Source: Patescibacteria group bacterium (GTDB taxonomy: Bacteria; Patescibacteriota; Microgenomatia; UBA1406; GWC2-37-13). From it: DNA of 57,384 bases. The stretch is from NCBI GenBank assembly GCA_026416975.1, contig JAOAEC010000001.1, forward strand, positions 1 through 57,384. The letters are read 5' to 3'. The notes under the pieces were generated by a model that made no database searches, was not told where the DNA came from, and saw only the letters and a list, made by a program, of their open reading frames with translations. Positions 53,310-57,384 of this stretch are shown here, in pieces (position 1 is the stretch's first letter; each line of letters starts with the position of its first letter). Made by a program: the position numbers and the translations under genes.

Positions 53310-55616
53310 ATGAGGATCATGAATCTAAACGAAAGACGAGAATTTTTTTTTAAATGTTTATATTTCTTGATTAATTTTTTTATTGTTATTGGCGAGTGGA
53401 CTCAACGAATTCTTTTTTTTGTTTTTTTTAAACTTTCTCTTAAATCTTTTTTTATTATCAAGGATTTTTTTCTTCTTTTTTTTAAAAAAATATGGCAGTT
53501 TTTATTTAAATTAATAAAAAAAATCTTTTTTATCTTAAAAAATTTTTTTAAAGTTTCTTTAACAGTTTTAAAAGCAATAGTTGAATTTCCAAAGAAAATT
53601 TTTTCGAGAATAAAATTACCTTCCTGGCGATTAAAAATTTCTTTTGATTTTATTTCTTTAAGACTGCGTTATTTTATTTTAGGGGCGATTTTTAGTTTTT
53701 TAATAATTTTAGTTTATCAATTATATCTTTTTGTTAAAAATTTACCTTCACCAATAAACATTGGAAAATTAAATTATCCACTGTCAACTCATATTTATGA
53801 TCGTAATGGTAAGCTTCTTTATGAGATTTATCGAGAGCAAAATCGAACTCCTATTAAGATAAAAAATTTACCATTAACAGTGATTCAAGCAACAATTGCT
53901 ATTGAAGATAAGGGTTTTTATAAACATCAAGGAGTTTCTTTAGTGGGAGGAGTTTTACGAGCAATAAAGGAAACAATTTTAAAAAAAGAGCTTCAAGGAG
54001 GCTCAACAATTACTCAACAGTTAGTCAAAAGCGCTTTGTTAACGCCGGAAAGAACCTTAACTCGTAAAATCAAAGAGATTATTTTAGCTTTATGGACAGA
54101 AAAGATATTTAGTAAAGATGAGATTTTAGAGATGTATCTAAATCAGGTTCCTTATGGAGGAGCAGCTTATGGGATTGAAGAGGCGGCAAAAACTTATTTT
54201 AACAAAAAAGCCAAAGATTTAAATCTAACTGAAGCAGCTTTATTAGCCGGTTTACCTCAGGCGCCAAGTCTTTATTCTCCTTATAACAATCCAGATTTAG
54301 CCCGTCAAAGAAGAAATTTGGTTTTAGAGGCAATGTATGAGATGAAGTATATTGATAAAGCGACAAAAATAAAGGCGCAAAACTTAAAACTAGAGGTAGT
54401 ACCTTTTAAAACCACTATTAAAGCGCCTCATTTTGTTTTTTTTGTTAAGTCGCAGTTAGAGGAAAAATATGGAATAAAAATGGTTGAAGAAGGAGGATTA
54501 AGGGTTTACACAAGCTTAGATTTAGATCTTCAGGAAAAATTAGAAACAATTTTAAAAGAGGAAATAGAAAAGATTAGAAACTTAAATGTTTCTAATGGCG
54601 CCATTTTGGTTACCCGACCGCAGACAGGCGAGATTTTGGCAATGTTAGGTTCAGTTGATTATTTTAACGGAGAGACAGGTGCTTTTAATGTGACAACTAG
54701 TCTTCGTCAACCGGGTAGTTCAATAAAACCGATTATGTATTCGTTAGCTTTAGAAAAAGGATTTACCGCAGCGACGATTATTGATGACTCGCCGGTGGTT
54801 TTTAATATTCCTGGGAGCACTCCTTATCGACCGGTGAATTATGATGGCCGTTTTCATGGTAAGGTGACTTTAAGATTAGCTTTAGCTAACTCTTTTAATG
54901 TGCCGGCGGTTAAGGTTTTAAATGTAATTGGAGTGGAAAATTTTGTTTCTCATGCTAAAAAAATTGGTATTAGTACTTGGAATGATTCTTCTCGTTTTGG
55001 TTTGTCTTTAACCTTAGGTGGCGGTGAAGTAAAGATGGTTGATATAGTTCAAGCTTTTGGCGTTTTTGCTAATTTAGGAGAAAGGGTGAGTTTAGAAAGT
55101 GTTTTGGAGATAAAAAATTTAAACGATAAAACAATATATCGTCATTATCCTTTAAAAGAGAGAGTCTTAAAAGAAGGAACCGCTTTTATTATTTCTGAGA
55201 TTTTAGCTGATAATTTTTCTCGACAATGGGCTTTTGGTAGTCATTCTGCTTTGGAAATTCCAGGTTATAAAGTAGCGGTTAAAACCGGTACTACTGATGA
55301 AAAAAGAGATAACTGGACAATTGGTTATACGCCAGAATTTTTAGTGGCAGTTTGGGTGGGTAATAATGATAATTCGCCGATGAATCCTTATTTAACCTCA
55401 GGGATTACTGGTGCCGCTCCGATTTGGAATCGAGTGATGAGCTATCTTCTTAATAATTATGGTAATGGTAAGCAGTGGTTTGAAAAACCAGACGATGTAG
55501 TAGAAAAAAGTTGTTTTTTTGGCAAAACCGAGTATTTTTTAAAAGGAACGGAGAATTTAGTTTCTTGTCGTGATGGACTATTTAAAACTTCAATTACTCC
55601 CACAGGTAGTCATTAG
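53310..55616 (+). CDS. Class A penicillin-binding protein (PBP1A-type transglycosylase/transpeptidase)
   Basis: The GT51 motifs are IAIEDKGFYKHQG and GGSTITQQLVK. The transpeptidase motifs are SSIKP (SxxK), SFN and KTGTT. Confidence 0.9.
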   Translation: MRIMNLNERREFFFKCLYFLINFFIVIGEWTQRILFFVFFKLSLKSFFIIKDFFLLFFKKIWQFLFKLIKKIFFILKNFFKVSLTVLKAIVEFPKKIFSRIKLPSWRLKISFDFISLRLRYFILGAIFSFLIILVYQLYLFVKNLPSPINIGKLNYPLSTHIYDRNGKLLYEIYREQNRTPIKIKNLPLTVIQATIAIEDKGFYKHQGVSLVGGVLRAIKETILKKELQGGSTITQQLVKSALLTPERTLTRKIKEIILALWTEKIFSKDEILEMYLNQVPYGGAAYGIEEAAKTYFNKKAKDLNLTEAALLAGLPQAPSLYSPYNNPDLARQRRNLVLEAMYEMKYIDKATKIKAQNLKLEVVPFKTTIKAPHFVFFVKSQLEEKYGIKMVEEGGLRVYTSLDLDLQEKLETILKEEIEKIRNLNVSNGAILVTRPQTGEILAMLGSVDYFNGETGAFNVTTSLRQPGSSIKPIMYSLALEKGFTAATIIDDSPVVFNIPGSTPYRPVNYDGRFHGKVTLRLALANSFNVPAVKVLNVIGVENFVSHAKKIGISTWNDSSRFGLSLTLGGGEVKMVDIVQAFGVFANLGERVSLESVLEIKNLNDKTIYRHYPLKERVLKEGTAFIISEILADNFSRQWAFGSHSALEIPGYKVAVKTGTTDEKRDNWTIGYTPEFLVAVWVGNNDNSPMNPYLTSGITGAAPIWNRVMSYLLNNYGNGKQWFEKPDDVVEKSCFFGKTEYFLKGTENLVSCRDGLFKTSITPTGSH

Positions 55617-56873
55617 TTATTGATTTTTTGGAGAAATTTTTTTAAAACCAAGTATTGGTTGAAGAATTTTAGGAATTATTACTGTGCCATCTTTTTGTTG
55701 ATAGTTTTCCAATATGGCAATTAAAATTCGTGGTGAGGCAATGGCGGTGTTGTTTAAGGTATAGCAATATTCTTTTACCCTATCTTTTTTTTGATATTTA
55801 ATATTTAACCGTCTGGCTTGAAAATCGCCCATAATTGAGTTTGACATTGCTTCACCATAATCATTACGATACGGCATCCAAACCTCAGTATCGTATTTAA
55901 AAATCTGCGGTTCGCCCATCTCGCCGGTGGAAAGAATTACCCGACGATAGGGTAGTTCAAGCTCCTCTAAAATCTCCTCACTATTTCTTTGCAATTCTTC
56001 ATGAAGTTTTCTTGCCTCTTTTAAATCGTTTTTGGCAATAATCACCTGCTCAACTTTAAAAAATTCATGAAGACGATAAAGTCCTTTGGTATCTTTACCG
56101 TAACTGCCGGCTTCTTTACGAAAACAGGCAGAAAAAGCAACAAATTTTTTCGGTAATTCTTCCTCTTTAAGAACCTTACCGGTAAAGTATGAAGTTACTG
56201 GTTGTTCAGCAGTGCCGGCTAAATAGGCATCTTCATCATTTAAAATATAAGTATCCTGTTTTCCCCAGGGAAATTGACCGCAACCAAAAAGAGCCATTTT
56301 TTTAACAATTGCCGGAGCAATTATCGGTGTATACCCTTTTTTGACTAGTTTTTGAAAAACATAAAAAAGTAGCGCAAAATGGAGAATTGCCAATTCATTT
56401 TTTAAAAAATAACCTCTAAAACCAGAGACCTTTGAACCTCTTTCAAAATCGATAATATCTAATGATTTACCTAAATCAATATGCGATTTAACTGGAAAAT
56501 CAAATTGAGGAATTTTTCCCCAAGTTTTTACTACCTTGTTAAAACTAGCATCTTTTCCTACTGGTACCTCAGGCAAAGGTACATTAGGGACAAAAGAAAG
56601 CAAATTATTAAGATTGTCTTCTATTTCTTTAAGTTTTTTTTCTAATTCTTTAATTTCCTTCTTGATCTTTTTACCTTCAGCAATAATCTGCGATGTTGGT
56701 TTGTTTTTGGCTAAAAGATTTCTTTTCTCCCGTAATTTTTGAATCTGCAAATTTAATTTTCTTTTTTCTTCATCTAACTTGATTATCTTTTCAATTTCCA
56801 CCTGACGATTTTTATTTTTCGCCGCCTCAAGAACCTTTTGTTTATTGTTTTTAATAAAATCAATTGAAAGCAT
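55617..56873 (-). CDS. serS: Serine--tRNA ligase
   Basis: It has an N-terminal coiled-coil arm plus the class II core (FRKEAGSYGKDTKGLYRLHEF.KVE and TLNNTAIASPR). Confidence 0.93.
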   Translation of the reverse strand: MLSIDFIKNNKQKVLEAAKNKNRQVEIEKIIKLDEEKRKLNLQIQKLREKRNLLAKNKPTSQIIAEGKKIKKEIKELEKKLKEIEDNLNNLLSFVPNVPLPEVPVGKDASFNKVVKTWGKIPQFDFPVKSHIDLGKSLDIIDFERGSKVSGFRGYFLKNELAILHFALLFYVFQKLVKKGYTPIIAPAIVKKMALFGCGQFPWGKQDTYILNDEDAYLAGTAEQPVTSYFTGKVLKEEELPKKFVAFSACFRKEAGSYGKDTKGLYRLHEFFKVEQVIIAKNDLKEARKLHEELQRNSEEILEELELPYRRVILSTGEMGEPQIFKYDTEVWMPYRNDYGEAMSNSIMGDFQARRLNIKYQKKDRVKEYCYTLNNTAIASPRILIAILENYQQKDGTVIIPKILQPILGFKKISPKNQ

Positions 56874-56897
56874 AATTCTATTTTAAATTTTTAATTT

Positions 56898-57384
56898 TTA
56901 ATTTTCAATTTCTAATTTTTCTTTTATTTTTTTAATGATTTTTTTTAAAGCAGTTAAACGATGATTTATTTTTTGATGTTCTTCATCTGTCAATTCATCA
57001 TAATATTTATTATATTTTTCAACAATAAATAAAGCTCGAAAAGGATAGCCTTTGATTCTTTTTTTGCTTGGTGAAAAAGCAATATAACCTTTGATTTTTT
57101 CCTCTTGAAGTATAAGAAAATCTTTGTTTTTTTTGTTCTGTTTTTGATGCGATCGTGTTAAAGATAGAATTTTTGAATTTATTTTTTTTGGTAGATAAAA
57201 ACAAAGACAGGTTTGAAGATAAGCAGTTCTTTGTTTTTTAGTGGTATTTTTTAATCTTTTTAACGTATAACTAATTAATTCTTCATCACTTGCATCATAT
57301 CCAAGCCAGCGCCTTGATTTTACTCCTGGTTCATTATTAAGATAGGGGATAATTAAGCCTCCGTCATCTGAGATTGTTGGCAGT
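56898..57384 (-). CDS. RdgB/HAM1-family non-canonical purine NTP pyrophosphatase (C-terminal ~161 aa; 5' end runs off the window); absent from the ORF track
   Basis: Manual reverse translation in the frame of 57383 has no internal stop: ISDDGGLIIPYLNNEPGVKSRRWLG ... RTAYLQTCLCFY ... GYPFRALFIV ... LTDEEHQKINHRLTALKK ... KLEIEN. The stop lies at 56898-56900. Confidence 0.75.
   Translation of the reverse strand, partial: LPTISDDGGLIIPYLNNEPGVKSRRWLGYDASDEELISYTLKRLKNTTKKQRTAYLQTCLCFYLPKKINSKILSLTRSHQKQNKKNKDFLILQEEKIKGYIAFSPSKKRIKGYPFRALFIVEKYNKYYDELTDEEHQKINHRLTALKKIIKKIKEKLEIEN

Noticed and set aside
53310-53720. Phe/Lys-rich ~110-aa N-terminal extension of PBP1A as a novel domain
   Set aside because: It may be real. 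It could also arise from choosing the most upstream ATG in T/A-rich sequence, because an internal non-ATG start closer to the TM helix cannot be excluded. No motif is recognisable.
57019-57204. 61-aa ORF near the window end
   Set aside because: It is out of frame within the longer stop-free RdgB/HAM1-like reading frame (56898-57383). That frame has clear family motifs, and the 61-aa translation is low complexity.
1-57384. Alternative genetic code (TGA recoded, as in some candidate phyla)
   Set aside because: TGA terminates well-conserved genes at their expected ends (rpmG at 25063-25065, rpsT at 40486-40488). Conserved proteins contain no in-frame TGA.

Overview
The window is a strongly AT-rich, tightly packed bacterial chromosome segment. 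It uses the standard code: TGA acts as a stop in rpmG and rpsT. The core (13.4-31.2 kb, + strand) is one long translation-apparatus cluster: tuf, the S10/spc/alpha ribosomal protein genes, secY, adk, map, infA, rpoA, then rplM-rpsI. Four features of this cluster are atypical. L30 is absent, rpsS sits between S14 and S8, rpmG sits between secY and adk, and rplN is broken at an A_AAA_AAG heptamer. No Shine-Dalgarno motifs are visible. The missing L30, small genes and many membrane-anchored hypothetical proteins fit a Candidate Phyla Radiation (Patescibacteria)-like organism; this is an inference. The flanks carry two envelope glycan clusters (5.3-9.5 kb and 31.2-37.9 kb) and DNA repair or nucleotide-sanitation genes: a UvrD-Cas4-like nuclease fusion, a UvrD/PcrA paralog, recO, rnhA, and MazG-like and RdgB-like genes. 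They also carry glyQS, serS, tpiA, a PilN/PilO-like surface-protein cluster translationally coupled to rpsT (40.2-44.2 kb), and a wall module of VanW, solute-binding protein (SBP), a bitopic protein, sortase and PBP1A (47.6-55.6 kb). I found no rRNA, tRNA, CRISPR array or transposase. The most unusual sequence-level signal is a family of tandem heptanucleotide arrays. They fill the 515-882 spacer, bracket the MazG-like gene, occur in ribosomal protein gene spacers, and form an in-frame insert inside miaB. I did not find a clear-cut novel multi-gene system. The best candidates are the heptad repeats and the rpsT-pilN/O-like surface cluster with its sortase-type C-terminal signals.
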